From an uncultured Thermoleophilia bacterium (GTDB lineage Bacteria; Actinomycetota; Thermoleophilia; UBA2241), in NCBI GenBank assembly GCA_963709845.1, contig CAVPXV010000005.1, forward strand, positions 439,032 to 503,031: a stretch of DNA of 64,000 nt, given 5' to 3'. The translations under genes and the position numbers were made by a program. This document shows, piece by piece, positions 19,824 to 29,501 of the stretch; the first letter of the stretch is position 1; each line of letters starts with the position of its first letter. A model generated the notes under the pieces. That model saw only the letters and a program-made list of their open reading frames with translations, searched no databases and was not told the DNA's origin.

Positions 19824-20522
19824 TCAGCGGCCGTCGCGGCCGCCGCTGAGGCGCCGCACGCCGCGCGCGAGCAGCAGCTGGCGCAGCTGCGTGGTCGCCT
19901 GGACGATGTCGTCGAGCTGCTCGAGGCCCTCACGCCGGCGCTCCGGCCGGTTCGACTTGAGCGCCGGCAAGAGCACCTGCTCGATGAGCCCGACCTCACG
20001 GTCGATGGCGCTCTTGAGGACGCGCAGGTTCTTGGGGCGCAGGCCGAGCGGCGCCAGCTGAGCCGCGGCGCCGACGATGCCGGCGTCGGTCTCCGTGTAG
20101 CGCCGCACGCCGCTCACCTGGCGCGCGCGCACCAGCTCGTACTCCTCGAGCTCGCCGAGCAGCGCCTGGTCGGCGCCGGTCATCTGCACGATCTCCTCGG
20201 CGGTGTACTCGCGCTCCTCGCCCACGCTGAGGAGCGCCGTCTTGCGCAGGCTCTGGCGCGCCGCCGGCGGGCTCGCCGGGCTGCGCTCGAGCTCCCGGCG
20301 GATGACCTTGAGCGGCAGGTACTCGTCGCGCTGCATGGCGAGCACGCGCACCAGCCGGCTGAAGTCGTCCTGCGAGTAGAGGCGGTACCCTGACTTGGTG
20401 CGGCGCGGCGTCACCAGGCCCTGTTCCTCGAGATAGCGGAGCTTGCTGACGCTGATGTCCGGGAACTCGCCGTGCAGGCGCTCCACGACGGCGCCGATGG
20501 TGAGCAGTTTCTCGTCGCCCAC
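19824..20522 (-). CDS. MerR-family transcriptional regulator
   Basis: N-terminal MerR HTH (LLTIGAVVERLHGEFPDISVSKLRYLEEQGLVTPRRTKSGYRLY). Sits downstream of an FHA gene, as in the actinobacterial GarA-FtsR arrangement. Confidence 0.8.
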   Translation of the reverse strand: MGDEKLLTIGAVVERLHGEFPDISVSKLRYLEEQGLVTPRRTKSGYRLYSQDDFSRLVRVLAMQRDEYLPLKVIRRELERSPASPPAARQSLRKTALLSVGEEREYTAEEIVQMTGADQALLGELEEYELVRARQVSGVRRYTETDAGIVGAAAQLAPLGLRPKNLRVLKSAIDREVGLIEQVLLPALKSNRPERRREGLEQLDDIVQATTQLRQLLLARGVRRLSGGRDGR

Positions 20523-20549
20523 GTCGAACAGGAGTTCGGCGGTGTCGCG

Positions 20550-21005
20550 TCATGGCGCGAGGTAGGTGAGCTTGTACTTGCCGATCTGGATCTCGTCGCC
20601 GTCGCTCAGCACGGTGCGCTCGCCGCGGCGGCGATTCACGTACGTGCCGTTGAGGCTGCCCTCGTCGACGATGACCCACTCCCCGCCCTCGCGCTTCACG
20701 ATCGCGTGATTGCGTGAGACGGTGACGTCGTCGAGGAAGATGGTGGCGTCCGGGTGGCGCCCGATGGTCACCTGCTCGCCGCGCAGCGGGAAGGTCTCGC
20801 CGGCGCGGCCGCCGCCGCTGCGGAAGACGAGGCACGCCTCGTCCCCGGCGGTCGCGGTGAAGGCGTTGGCTTCGGCGTCCTCGTCGCCGGGCTGGTAGCT
20901 CATCGTCGTCGCGGAGTCGGGCTGGCCGCCGATGAGGCTGGCGCCACAGCGCACGCAGAAGCTGGCGCCCTCGGAGTTCCGCAGGCCGCACTCGGGGCAG
21001 AACAC
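20550..21005 (-). CDS. FHA-domain protein with N-terminal zinc ribbon
   Basis: GTG start after GGAGGA. CPECG...CVRCG zinc ribbon, then FHA core (GRHPDATIFLDDVTVSRNHAIV...GSLNGTYVN). The upstream ORF-track extension is spurious. Confidence 0.8.
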   Translation of the reverse strand: MFCPECGLRNSEGASFCVRCGASLIGGQPDSATTMSYQPGDEDAEANAFTATAGDEACLVFRSGGGRAGETFPLRGEQVTIGRHPDATIFLDDVTVSRNHAIVKREGGEWVIVDEGSLNGTYVNRRRGERTVLSDGDEIQIGKYKLTYLAP

Positions 21006-21006
21006 C

Positions 21007-21303
21007 TCAGTCCTCCGTGGAGCCCTCGGGGGCCGGCGAGCCCTCGCCGGCCGTCTCCCCCGTCTCCGGCATCTGGCCGGCCAGGATGCGCGACAGCCCG
21101 CGCACATCGTCGGCCGAGATCACCGACTCGCCCTCCGCGTGCTTGCGCTGCAGGCGCATCACGAGCTCGGCGCGCAGGATGTCAAGCTTGCCTTGAAGGA
21201 TGCGCCGCTGGCGCGAGATCTCGCGCTCTTCCGCCTCGAGCTCGGCGACCAGCGCGCGGAGCTCGTCGTCAGACCGTGAGACCAGGTCCACGATATCGTC
21301 CAT
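21007..21303 (-). CDS. Small acidic coiled-coil protein (hypothetical), translationally coupled to the FHA gene
   Basis: 98 aa with heptad-like LRALVAELEAEEREISRQRRILQGKLDIL. Its stop is 1 nt from the FHA gene GTG start. Confidence 0.5.
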   Translation of the reverse strand: MDDIVDLVSRSDDELRALVAELEAEEREISRQRRILQGKLDILRAELVMRLQRKHAEGESVISADDVRGLSRILAGQMPETGETAGEGSPAPEGSTED

Positions 21304-21360
21304 GGCGCATCTCCTCTTGGTAGGTCGAGGGCTGGGCTCAGAAGCGTATCGCAGCGGGCG

Positions 21361-21957
21361 TCAAGGTTCAAGCTCAGGTTGAGGCCGCTCCTCGGCGACC
21401 TCTGGGCCCGCCGCAGGCGCCTCCACACGCACGATGCCGCGTGCCACGAGCCTCTCCATGGCCTCGAGGGCGACGCGCTCGTCCAGCGAGCCGCCGCCGC
21501 TGACGGCCGCGACGACTTCGCCGAGGTTCTGAGGGCCAAGGCCGAGGCGGGCGACGAGCGCGGCCTCGGCCTCACCCTCAGGGTGACCGCCGATGAGGGT
21601 CACGTTCGCCCCGGAGGGCAGCTCCCGGCGAAGCTGCTGCAGCTCGTCGAGGCGGCGCATGCCCTCGATCAGCAGGGACTCGAGCGGGAGGGCCTCGTCG
21701 TCGGCCGCCTCCCCCACCTCTCCCTGCGGATCGAAGTCGAACGTGCCCGTCGAGACCGCGAGGACGGCCAGGAAGGCGGACGCGCCGCTGAGGTGCCCAC
21801 AGGACGCGCCCACGAGGAGGCCGGCGCGGAAGACGAGCGCGCCGGCGAGCGCGCCGCCGGCGTCGCAGACCGTGAGGAGTCCCGTCTTGCCGCCGAGCGC
21901 CGTCATCTGCACGAGGTCCGGCAGCGGGAGCTCGGAGAGGCTGCCCTTCAGGCCCAT
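21361..21957 (-). CDS. DUF4388-domain protein
   Basis: MGLKGSLSELPLPDLVQM N-terminus matches the DUF4388 pattern. Divergently oriented from mglB/mglA. The TTG-extended ORF to 22005 is less likely. Confidence 0.65.
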   Translation of the reverse strand: MGLKGSLSELPLPDLVQMTALGGKTGLLTVCDAGGALAGALVFRAGLLVGASCGHLSGASAFLAVLAVSTGTFDFDPQGEVGEAADDEALPLESLLIEGMRRLDELQQLRRELPSGANVTLIGGHPEGEAEAALVARLGLGPQNLGEVVAAVSGGGSLDERVALEAMERLVARGIVRVEAPAAGPEVAEERPQPELEP

Positions 21958-22159
21958 GGCGGCCGCGGGCGTGCGTTGCGTGTCAGAGGCGTCATGTGCT
22001 ACCAAGCTTCGCAGCGCGGCGCCGGCTTCCTGCCGCCGGCGCCGGCCTCGCGACCAGGGCGGCCGCAGGTCTCATGCTTTCGCGCCCAAAAGTCGATACA
22101 GGGGACGCAGGGCGGGCTGGTATACTTCGCTGGCAACGCACGTGTATTGGAGGGCGTAC

Positions 22160-22645
22160 GTGGCGCGACGCAAAGGACTCGTCATCAACGATCGGCAGCT
22201 CGACCGCTGCGACGAGCTCCTGCAGAAGCTCAAGGACGTCTCCGGGTCCAGCTTCCTGGCGCTGATCAGCACGTCCGGGCAGCCGATCACCACGGCCGCC
22301 GACGCCTACCACCCAGAGACGCTGTCTCTCGCCTCGCTCGCGGCGAGCTCGTTCGCGGCCACGCAGCAGCTCGCCAAGATCCTCGACGAGAGCGAGTTCA
22401 CGCTCCTCTTCCACGAAGGCAAGGCCCTCAATCTGCACGTCTCCCAGGTCAACGAGCAGGTGCTGCTCATCGTCACCTTCGGGCGCGACACGCAGGTCGG
22501 CAAGGTGCGCCTCTACACGCAGCGCGCCATCGAAGTGCTGCGCCAGATCTTCGAAGGTCCTGACGACGGCACCACGCCGACGATGGACGCCGATTTCGAG
22601 GCCACCGCCGGCGACGCCATCGACGACCTGTTCAAAGACGTCTGA
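22160..22645 (+). CDS. mglB: Roadblock/LC7-domain protein, MglB-like GTPase-activating partner
   Basis: GTG start after GGAGGG. Roadblock fold pattern (LQKLKDVSGSSFLALISTSGQPI...LLIVTFGRDTQVGKVRLY). Immediately upstream of mglA. The long 5' ORF-track extension is a GC artefact. Confidence 0.7.
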   Translation: MARRKGLVINDRQLDRCDELLQKLKDVSGSSFLALISTSGQPITTAADAYHPETLSLASLAASSFAATQQLAKILDESEFTLLFHEGKALNLHVSQVNEQVLLIVTFGRDTQVGKVRLYTQRAIEVLRQIFEGPDDGTTPTMDADFEATAGDAIDDLFKDV

Positions 22646-22655
22646 GAGCCTGCCG

Positions 22656-23234
22656 ATGCCGCTGATCAATTTCGCCGCCCGCGAGATCAACTACAAGATC
22701 GTCTACTACGGCTGCGGGCTCTGTGGGAAGACCACGAACCTGCAGTACGTGCACCGCAAGATCAACCCCGACGCGCGCGGCAAGCTGGTGAGCATCGCCA
22801 CCGAGGAGGAACGCACCCTCTACTTCGACTTCCTCCCGCTCACGCTCGGCACCGTCAAGGGCATGCAGACGCGCTTCCATCTCTACACCGTGCCCGGCCA
22901 GAGCTACTACAACGCCAGCCGCAAGCTCGTGCTGCAGGGCGTCGACGGCGTCGTCTTCGTGGCCGACTCGCAGATCACACGCCTGGACGAGAACGTCGAG
23001 AGCTACCTCAACCTCTGGGACAACCTCCTGGGCCAGGGCGACGACCTCACCAAGCTGGGGTTCGTCGTGCAGATGAACAAACGGGACCTCACCGACATCT
23101 TCTCGGTGGAGGACCTCAACGAGCTGCTCAACCACACCCAGTCGCCCGTCGTCGAGTCGAGCGCGGTCAGCGGCGAGGGCGTGTTCGAGACGCTCAAAGT
23201 CGTCTGCAAGCAGGTCATCGCCAAGACCGGCTGA
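22656..23234 (+). CDS. mglA: Ras-like small GTPase MglA
   Basis: End-to-end similarity to Myxococcus/Thermus MglA (INYKIVYYGCGLCGKTTNLQYV, FHLYTVPGQSYYNASRKLVLQGVDGVVFVADSQ, NKRDL). Confidence 0.9.
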   Translation: MPLINFAAREINYKIVYYGCGLCGKTTNLQYVHRKINPDARGKLVSIATEEERTLYFDFLPLTLGTVKGMQTRFHLYTVPGQSYYNASRKLVLQGVDGVVFVADSQITRLDENVESYLNLWDNLLGQGDDLTKLGFVVQMNKRDLTDIFSVEDLNELLNHTQSPVVESSAVSGEGVFETLKVVCKQVIAKTG

Positions 23235-23278
23235 GGGCGGCCGCGGCGTCAGCCGCACCGGCCGCCCGGGGCGGGCAT

Positions 23279-25078
23279 TCACGTCCCGACGCGCTTCACC
23301 CAGTCCATGGGCGCGTAGTGCGACACGAACGCGTCGCGGAACAGCAGCGCGCCGGCGGCGCTGCGCACCGTCCGCTCCACCCTGATGCTGCGTCCGTCGA
23401 TGCCCTGCTGCCAGCGTACGAGGCCCCGCCCCAGGTCGCTGTCGTAGATCACGCGCGGGTGGGCCTTGCCGTAGGCGGGTTTGCGCACGTCGTAGAAGGC
23501 GCCCGTGACGTAGGTCACCTTGCGGCCTGTCCTGCCGATGATCGCCACGGTGACGTGGTCGCCCTGCACCCAGCTGCGGATGGTCAGCGGCCTTGCGGTG
23601 TCGTTGCGGAACCTGAAGTCGGCGCTGCCCCAGGAGACCGTCGCGTCGCGCCCGATCGGGTAGTGCGAGATGTACAGCGAATGCGCGTGCCGCTCGACCA
23701 CGGGCAGCCCCGCGAAGAAGACGGCGTTGAACAGCGTCGTCGCGTACTGGCAGATGCCGCCCCCCACCCCCTGCCGCAGCACGTTGTCGGCGGCGATCAC
23801 CGGCGCGTAGTCGAAGCCCCGGTTGGTGGTGCGCGGCCCGAGCGCCGCGTTGAGCGAGAACGTCGCGCCGGGGCGCACCACGGTGCCATCGACGATGCCG
23901 GCGGCGAGCGCGATGTTCTTGACGCGCGTCGTGTTGCGCGGGTCGAAATAGGTCACGAACTGCGAGCCCTGTGAGGCAAAGCCGTCCGCCGCGAGGGCGC
24001 CGGCCGTGAGCGCAGGCACGGCGGGCTGGACGGCCACGAAGACGCTGCGCAGGCCGCCGCCCGTGACGGCGGCGTCGAGGTCGCCGAGCAGGACGGCCAT
24101 GTCGAGGACCTGCCCCTCGCGGCTCGGCGTGATCGTGACGCTGCCGTCCGAGTGCACGACGAGCCGGGCGTCGACCGGCTTCACCTCGGCCGCGGCCAAC
24201 AGCCGGTGGAGCGCGGCCCTCGCCCGGTCGTTGCGGAACGTGAGCGGGTACTCCGAGGCGTCGGCGCCGGTGTTGACGCTCAGCATCGCCGCCATCTGCG
24301 CCGGGCCGAGGACCACGGACGTGCCTCGGTAGCGCAGCGTCACCGGGCGAGAAAGGTAGGAGGCCGCCGCCGCGGCCCGCGACTGCGCGACGGCCGTGCT
24401 CACCTGCGGCGGCACGGCCTTGAGCGGCAGCGGCCCCGAGTAGCTCCGGCCGGCGGCGACGCTGGCGCGGATGGCGCGCTCGAGCGCGAGCGCGTCCACC
24501 GTGCTGCCCGCCGCCGAGGGCACGACGTCGACGACGCCGCCGCGCACGGTGAGGCGCGCGTCCCGGGCGGGCACGTCCACCTGCTTGCGCACCGCCTCGA
24601 GGGCGGCGTCGTAGGCGCCGGCCGAGACGTCGAGCGCGGGCGCCAGCACGGCGCCGCTCCCGGGCAGCCACACGCTGACGCCGAGCGGCAGCCGGTGACG
24701 GCCGGCGGCGAGGGCGGCACGCACGGTCGCCGCGGTATCGAGCTTCATGCCCAGCGTGCCGAGGGTGAACGAGACCGGCGCGCTGCCCGCGCGCTGCAGG
24801 CGCACCGCGTCGACGCGCGGCGCCAGCTCGCGCGCCAAGGTCGCCCGCGCTTGCGCGGCGCTCTGCCCCTGCAGGCTCACGCCGGCCACCGTGACCCCGT
24901 CGCCGACGCGGCCGTGCATCGCCACCTGGACGGCCGCGAACCCGCTCAGCACGACGAGGAACACGAGGCCGAGCGTCAGCGTCCAAGCGTGCCGTCGGTA
25001 CCAGCCTGCGAACCGGCGTAGGCGACCCGGTGCGGCGGCCTGCACCTCAGGAGTCATGCGATCGTCCATGGCGCTCAT
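23279..25078 (-). CDS. VanW-family protein (N-terminal TM plus repeated peptidoglycan-binding-like domains, C-terminal VanW domain)
   Basis: VanW core GGGICQYATTLFNAVFFAGLPVVERHAHS and FSLNAALGPRTTNRGF. TM helix LTLGLVFLVVLSGFAAV. The ORF-track 1515-aa readthrough is an artefact. Confidence 0.8.
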   Translation of the reverse strand: MSAMDDRMTPEVQAAAPGRLRRFAGWYRRHAWTLTLGLVFLVVLSGFAAVQVAMHGRVGDGVTVAGVSLQGQSAAQARATLARELAPRVDAVRLQRAGSAPVSFTLGTLGMKLDTAATVRAALAAGRHRLPLGVSVWLPGSGAVLAPALDVSAGAYDAALEAVRKQVDVPARDARLTVRGGVVDVVPSAAGSTVDALALERAIRASVAAGRSYSGPLPLKAVPPQVSTAVAQSRAAAAASYLSRPVTLRYRGTSVVLGPAQMAAMLSVNTGADASEYPLTFRNDRARAALHRLLAAAEVKPVDARLVVHSDGSVTITPSREGQVLDMAVLLGDLDAAVTGGGLRSVFVAVQPAVPALTAGALAADGFASQGSQFVTYFDPRNTTRVKNIALAAGIVDGTVVRPGATFSLNAALGPRTTNRGFDYAPVIAADNVLRQGVGGGICQYATTLFNAVFFAGLPVVERHAHSLYISHYPIGRDATVSWGSADFRFRNDTARPLTIRSWVQGDHVTVAIIGRTGRKVTYVTGAFYDVRKPAYGKAHPRVIYDSDLGRGLVRWQQGIDGRSIRVERTVRSAAGALLFRDAFVSHYAPMDWVKRVGT

Positions 25079-25134
25079 TGTACGGCACGGGTTCGCGCAC
25101 GGCGGCCCGCCACCTGCACCGGCGCCCGCTGCGC

Positions 25135-27657
25135 CTAGTCGTTCTCCGCGATCACGTCGCGCACCACCGCGAGCAGGTCCTCGGCCAGGCGCTCCGACTC
25201 GGCGTGGTCCGCGCCCTCGGCGTAGACGTGGAAGACGGGCTCGTCGGCGTCCGGCAGGAGCTGGACCCAGCTGCCGTCGTGCCGCATCCTGATCCCGTCC
25301 AAAAGGCTGATCTCGGCGCCGGCGGCGGCGCGCTGCTGCAGACCCTCCGTCGCCGTGCGCATCACCGTGCCCTTGAGCGACCAGGGGCAGGCCACGGTCT
25401 TGTGTACCAGGGTGCTGGCGGGGATGTCGGCGACCTGCGCGCTGAGGGGCCGCGCCTGCGGCGCCAGCAGCTCCAGCAGCTTGCCCAGGCTCATGACGGC
25501 GTCGAAGGCGGGCAGGAACTGCGGGAAGATGTAGCCGCCGCCGAGCGCCCCGGCGAACACGACGCCGTCCTCGAGTGACGCCTTGGCGAGCTCCGGCAGC
25601 GAGACTTTGGTGCGCACGATCTCGACGCCGAACTCGCCGGCGAGCTGCTCGGCGAGGTGCGTGATGGTGAGCGGCAGCACGATCTTCTCGCCCCTGCCCG
25701 CCTGCTGCGCCACGAGCTTCACGAACAGGAGGAGCGCCTTCTCGAGAGGCACCTCGGCGCCCGAGTCGTCGATGATGTAGATGCGCTCGGCGCCCGGGCC
25801 GATGACCACGCCGAGGTCCGCCTCCATGGTACGCACCAGGCGCTGCACCTCGGCGATGTTGGCGCCGAGCTGCTCCGCGTCGAGGCTCACGTGGCGCTGA
25901 TCGTTGAAGGCGCGCACCGAGAGGACCTCGGCGTCGAGGTCGCCGAGGATGTTGGGCAGCGAGAGCGAAGCGGGTGAGTGCGAGTAGTCGATCACGAGGC
26001 GGTAGGCGCGGCTGCGGATGCGCTCCCCGTCCCACGAGCCTTTGAGGCCGCGCACGTAGGTCTCCATCGCCCTGTCGGGGAACTGGAGCTCGCCGAACTC
26101 GCTGTAGAAGGCGCGGCGGAAGTCCTCGCGCCCGTAGTACTTCTCGATGTCCTTCTGGCGTTTCTCGCTGAGGTTGAGGCCGGGGGGCTCGAACACCTGG
26201 ATCTGGATCATCTCCGGGTCCCAGCTCGAGATGCGCACGTGCATGCCGCCGTCGGCGCTCCCCGTCCTGGCCTCGTACCTGTTGATGGCGCTGCTGGCGA
26301 CGCGCAGATCGCGCACGATGACGCCGGTGGAGTTGAGGCCGCAGATGAGGGCGCGCTTGATGACCCGCGAGGCCGGATGGGCGTCGCGGCTCGTGGTGAC
26401 GCTGGCGCCCTTCTTGAGCGCCGTGCCGTAGGCCATCGCCAGCTTGAGCGCGAGCTCGGCGGTGATGTCGACGTTGATCAGGCCGGTGACGCCGTCCTTG
26501 CCGAAGAGCTGCGCCGTGCCGCGTGACTCCCAGATGATGCTCGAGTTGACCTGCGCGCCGGCCTCGACCGTCTTGAACGGGTAGACCTTGACGTCCGGGG
26601 CGATGTAGGCCTGCTCGCCGATCACGCACTCGTCGCCGATGGCGACGCCCTCGCTGAAGGTGGCGCCGGCCTTGACGTCGCAGTTCTTGCCGACGATGGT
26701 GCCGTACACCTTGGCCGACGAGCCGATGTACGTGTTGGCGCCGATGACGCTGTTGCGCGTCTCGGCGTGCCCTTTGACCACGACGTTGCTGCCCAGGACG
26801 GAGTACCTGCCGATGGACGCCGTGGCGTCGATCTTGGCGTAGTTGCCGATGAACGCCGGACCGCTCATGTTCTCGAGCGAGTCGAGGTTGATGCCGTCGC
26901 CGAGGAAGATGCGGTCGTGAAGCTCGATGCCGGGGATCTCGGCCTCGACCTTGCCGTCGAGGAGGTCGCGGTTGGCGGCGAGGTACTGCGGCAGGCTGCC
27001 GATGTCCTGCCAGTAGCCCTCCGCGACGTAGCCGAAGAGGGGCGCGCCCATCTCGAAGAGCTTCGGAAACAGGTCCTGGCTGAAGTCGTACTGGGTGTCG
27101 GCCGGGATGTGGTCGAAGACCTCGGGCTCGAGCACGTAGATGCCGGTGTTGACCGTGTCGCTGAACACCTGGCCCCAGGTGGGCTTCTCGAGGAAGCGCT
27201 CGATGCGGCCTTCCTCGTCGACGACGACGACGCCGAAGTCGAGGGGGTTCTCGACGCGCTTGAGCGCGATGGTGACCATGGCGCCGCGGCGCTTGTGGAA
27301 GGCGACGATCTCGCTGAGGTCGAAGTCGGTGAGCGCGTCCCCCGAGATGACGATGAAGGTGTCGTCGCGCAGGTGGTCCTCGGCCAGCTTCACGCTCCCG
27401 GCGGTGCCGGCCGGCGCCTGCTCCACGGAGTAGTTCATGCTCACGCCCAGCGACGAGCCGTCGCCGAAGTAGTCGCGGATGACCTTGGGCAGGAACATCA
27501 GCGTGACCACGGTCTCGTCGATGCCGTGCCGCTTGATGAGCTCGACGATGTACTCCATGCAGGGCTTGCCGCAGAGCGTCACCATCGGCTTGGGCTGGTT
27601 GCTGGTGAGCGGGCGCAGCCTGGTGCCCTCGCCGCCTGCCATGACGACCGCACGCAT
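25135..27657 (-). CDS. Sugar-phosphate nucleotidyltransferase (left-handed beta-helix C-terminus) fused to a phosphomannomutase/phosphoglucomutase-like domain
   Basis: ATG after [26 protein letters not shown] nucleotidyltransferase motif with hexapeptide repeats. The C-terminal alpha/beta PGM/PMM-like domain lacks a canonical TASHNP phosphoserine loop ([13 protein letters not shown] instead). Confidence 0.8.
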   Translation of the reverse strand: MRAVVMAGGEGTRLRPLTSNQPKPMVTLCGKPCMEYIVELIKRHGIDETVVTLMFLPKVIRDYFGDGSSLGVSMNYSVEQAPAGTAGSVKLAEDHLRDDTFIVISGDALTDFDLSEIVAFHKRRGAMVTIALKRVENPLDFGVVVVDEEGRIERFLEKPTWGQVFSDTVNTGIYVLEPEVFDHIPADTQYDFSQDLFPKLFEMGAPLFGYVAEGYWQDIGSLPQYLAANRDLLDGKVEAEIPGIELHDRIFLGDGINLDSLENMSGPAFIGNYAKIDATASIGRYSVLGSNVVVKGHAETRNSVIGANTYIGSSAKVYGTIVGKNCDVKAGATFSEGVAIGDECVIGEQAYIAPDVKVYPFKTVEAGAQVNSSIIWESRGTAQLFGKDGVTGLINVDITAELALKLAMAYGTALKKGASVTTSRDAHPASRVIKRALICGLNSTGVIVRDLRVASSAINRYEARTGSADGGMHVRISSWDPEMIQIQVFEPPGLNLSEKRQKDIEKYYGREDFRRAFYSEFGELQFPDRAMETYVRGLKGSWDGERIRSRAYRLVIDYSHSPASLSLPNILGDLDAEVLSVRAFNDQRHVSLDAEQLGANIAEVQRLVRTMEADLGVVIGPGAERIYIIDDSGAEVPLEKALLLFVKLVAQQAGRGEKIVLPLTITHLAEQLAGEFGVEIVRTKVSLPELAKASLEDGVVFAGALGGGYIFPQFLPAFDAVMSLGKLLELLAPQARPLSAQVADIPASTLVHKTVACPWSLKGTVMRTATEGLQQRAAAGAEISLLDGIRMRHDGSWVQLLPDADEPVFHVYAEGADHAESERLAEDLLAVVRDVIAEND

Positions 27658-27773
27658 GGGCCTCACCTGTGCTTTCGCTCGAGAGGACTGGACGTCGTGC
27701 GGCAATCGTACCAGAGCGCGGCGAGCGCGGGCCACGTTGCCGCGGGGGGCTCGCCGGAGAGGCGGCGCGGGGC

Positions 27774-28334
27774 TCAGGCGGCAGCGCCGCCCCCTCCCCG
27801 CGCCCGGCGCACGAAGGCGACGGCACGGTGCAGGTACAGAAGACCGCTGGCCACGTAGAGCGTCGCGCCCACGGCGAAGAACGACCAGCCCACGACGCGG
27901 AAGTCGATGATGAACCACTGGATGGCGCAGATCAGGATGAAGTTGCCGGCCTTGCCCCAGCGGCTGATCTGTGGCCCCTGCCGCGTGTAGCGCCGCGTCG
28001 GCGCCACCAGCACCAGGATGACGCCGTCGCGGACCAGGAGCGGAAGCACGGCCCACCAGGGCAGTGTGCCGAAGTACCAGAGCATCGCCACAAGTGTGAA
28101 GAAGAAGAGCCGGTCGACGATGGGGTCCAGCCAGCGCCCGAACTCGCTCTGCAGGTGGTAGCGCCGCGCGATGATCCCATCGGCGACGTCGCTGAGCGCC
28201 GCGAAGAGGACGATCCAGGCCGTCGTCCAGCTGGCGCCGGGCGCGTAGAGGCCGTAGGTCCAGACGACGAAAGGCAGGGCCACGAGGCGCGCGACGGTGA
28301 GGACGTTGGGCACGTGGCGCAGGAGGCGTTCCAT
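27774..28334 (-). CDS. CDP-alcohol phosphatidyltransferase family protein
   Basis: Signature [10 protein letters not shown]...G...DPIVDR with 5-6 TM segments. Confidence 0.8.
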   Translation of the reverse strand: MERLLRHVPNVLTVARLVALPFVVWTYGLYAPGASWTTAWIVLFAALSDVADGIIARRYHLQSEFGRWLDPIVDRLFFFTLVAMLWYFGTLPWWAVLPLLVRDGVILVLVAPTRRYTRQGPQISRWGKAGNFILICAIQWFIIDFRVVGWSFFAVGATLYVASGLLYLHRAVAFVRRARGGGGAAA

Positions 28335-28446
28335 TGGCGGGCAGTCTAGCAGGCCGCTGTGGAAGCCGCCGCGCGGCCCCTCACCGGCCCCTCTCCCCCA
28401 CGCCGACGCCTCCGCGTGCCTATGCTAGAATACGGCGCTGTACGGT

Positions 28447-28524
28447 CGGCGTGTGGCGCAGCCTGGTTAGCGCACTAGTCTGGGGGACTAGGGGTCGCCG
28501 GTTCAAATCCGGCCACGCCGACCA
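28447..28524 (+). tRNA. tRNA-Pro (anticodon GGG)
   Basis: Manually folded cloverleaf: 7-bp acceptor CGGCGTG/CACGCCG, D-arm GCGC/GCGC, anticodon stem CTAGT/ACTAG with loop CTGGGGG, T-arm GCCGG-TTCAAAT-CCGGC, encoded CCA. Confidence 0.85.
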
Positions 28525-28932
28525 TCTTCTTTCTCCTGCAAAACCCACACTTTCACGTTACGCTGACCGCAGATTTCTGCCTGCCTAGGTATTCGTAGAG
28601 ACGATCTCTGTCCCGATTTCGGCCGTTTGTCTGGAGTGGCCGCCGACCGTGCGCCGGCGGTCGGCGCGCATCGAGGCCGCGGCACCCCGCACGGCCGAGG
28701 TCGTTGAGATGCGTGTGAGGTCGGCGTGGCCGAGCTGGTCGGCGATCGCCGCAGCCGACGTCGTTGAGTGCCGACGGGGCCAGGAGTGCCGCTGCCGTGA
28801 TGTCGGAGCTGCGGCAGCCCTGCCCCATGCGCAACCTTCTGGAATGTGGGCATTCGGTCATTCGACTCCGGTGAGTACGAGCGGGTGCTCCGCGGCCGCT
28901 GCAGGGAATGATCTCCCTGCTGGACTGCGGCT

Positions 28933-29487
28933 ATGAGGACTCGACGCACAGTGGTCGTGATGACGGTGGCGGTGCTGGCGCTCGCCGGCTTCACCGCGAC
29001 CTACCTGACGAGGTTCACCTTCGGCGACCCGTTCTCGGGAACGTGGACGCTGTCCCCGGACGTCCCCTACGCCGTGGTGATCAAGCTCGCGAGGGGCGGG
29101 TACTGGGTCGCCGTTGCGGACGGACAGACCGACAGTGGTTGGGTCGCCGCCAGGCGCAGCGGATGGGTGTTGACACCCAGAGGTGTGGTCTTGACGACCA
29201 CGCCGGTGTTCCGCTTGTGGAACGGCCATCTGATCGAGACCGACAATGGCCTGAACACGCTCCTCACGAAGATGAGTGGCAGCACTTCGCTACCGCCACG
29301 GCAGTCCCCGGCGGTCTATGGGATCCTCAACGGCATGCGGAAAGAAGTCGGTCACGACCTGGCAGCGCTGCCGGTCGCCGGCATGCAGCGGAAGGCTGAG
29401 CGGCTGGCCGCCATGAGTGCGAGTCCCAGTGTGCGCCGGCACATAGGGCGTTTCGCTACGCCAAACGGCCCGCCGGGGGCAACGTGA
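28933..29487 (+). CDS. Hypothetical secreted/lipoprotein-like protein
   Basis: N-terminal hydrophobic segment VVVMTVAVLALAGF and protein-like composition. Its 3' end runs into the direct repeat at 29442. Confidence 0.4.
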   Translation: MRTRRTVVVMTVAVLALAGFTATYLTRFTFGDPFSGTWTLSPDVPYAVVIKLARGGYWVAVADGQTDSGWVAARRSGWVLTPRGVVLTTTPVFRLWNGHLIETDNGLNTLLTKMSGSTSLPPRQSPAVYGILNGMRKEVGHDLAALPVAGMQRKAERLAAMSASPSVRRHIGRFATPNGPPGAT

Positions 29488-29501
29488 GAGCGGCGGGCCG
29501 C
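29442..29501 (+). repeat. Direct repeat copy A (CATAGGGCGTTTCGCTACGC..GGCCCGCCG-loop-CGGCGGGCC hairpin)
   Basis: Near-identical to 38793..38849, including an identical 9-bp stem and a GGGGCAACG(T)GAGA loop. Confidence 0.6.

Noticed and set aside
21958-22005. TTG-initiated 16-aa N-terminal extension of the DUF4388 protein
   Set aside because: The family consensus begins at the downstream ATG (MGLKGSL); TTG has no RBS.
22632-24986. 784-aa - strand ORF overlapping mglA and vanW
   Set aside because: Arg/Ala/Gly-rich, antisense to mglA, no motifs.
23279-27826. 1515-aa ORF on the - strand spanning vanW and the nucleotidyltransferase gene
   Set aside because: Upstream two thirds are Arg/Pro/Gly/His-rich with no domain signal, on the antisense or an alternate frame of real genes. 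Only the last 600 aa (VanW) are credible. Typical high-GC open-frame artefact.
25135-28056. N-terminal 133-aa extension of the nucleotidyltransferase ORF (start at 28056)
   Set aside because: The conserved [19 protein letters not shown]-terminus with a good RBS begins at 27657. The extension is Arg/Pro-rich and overlaps the convergent CDP-alcohol transferase gene.
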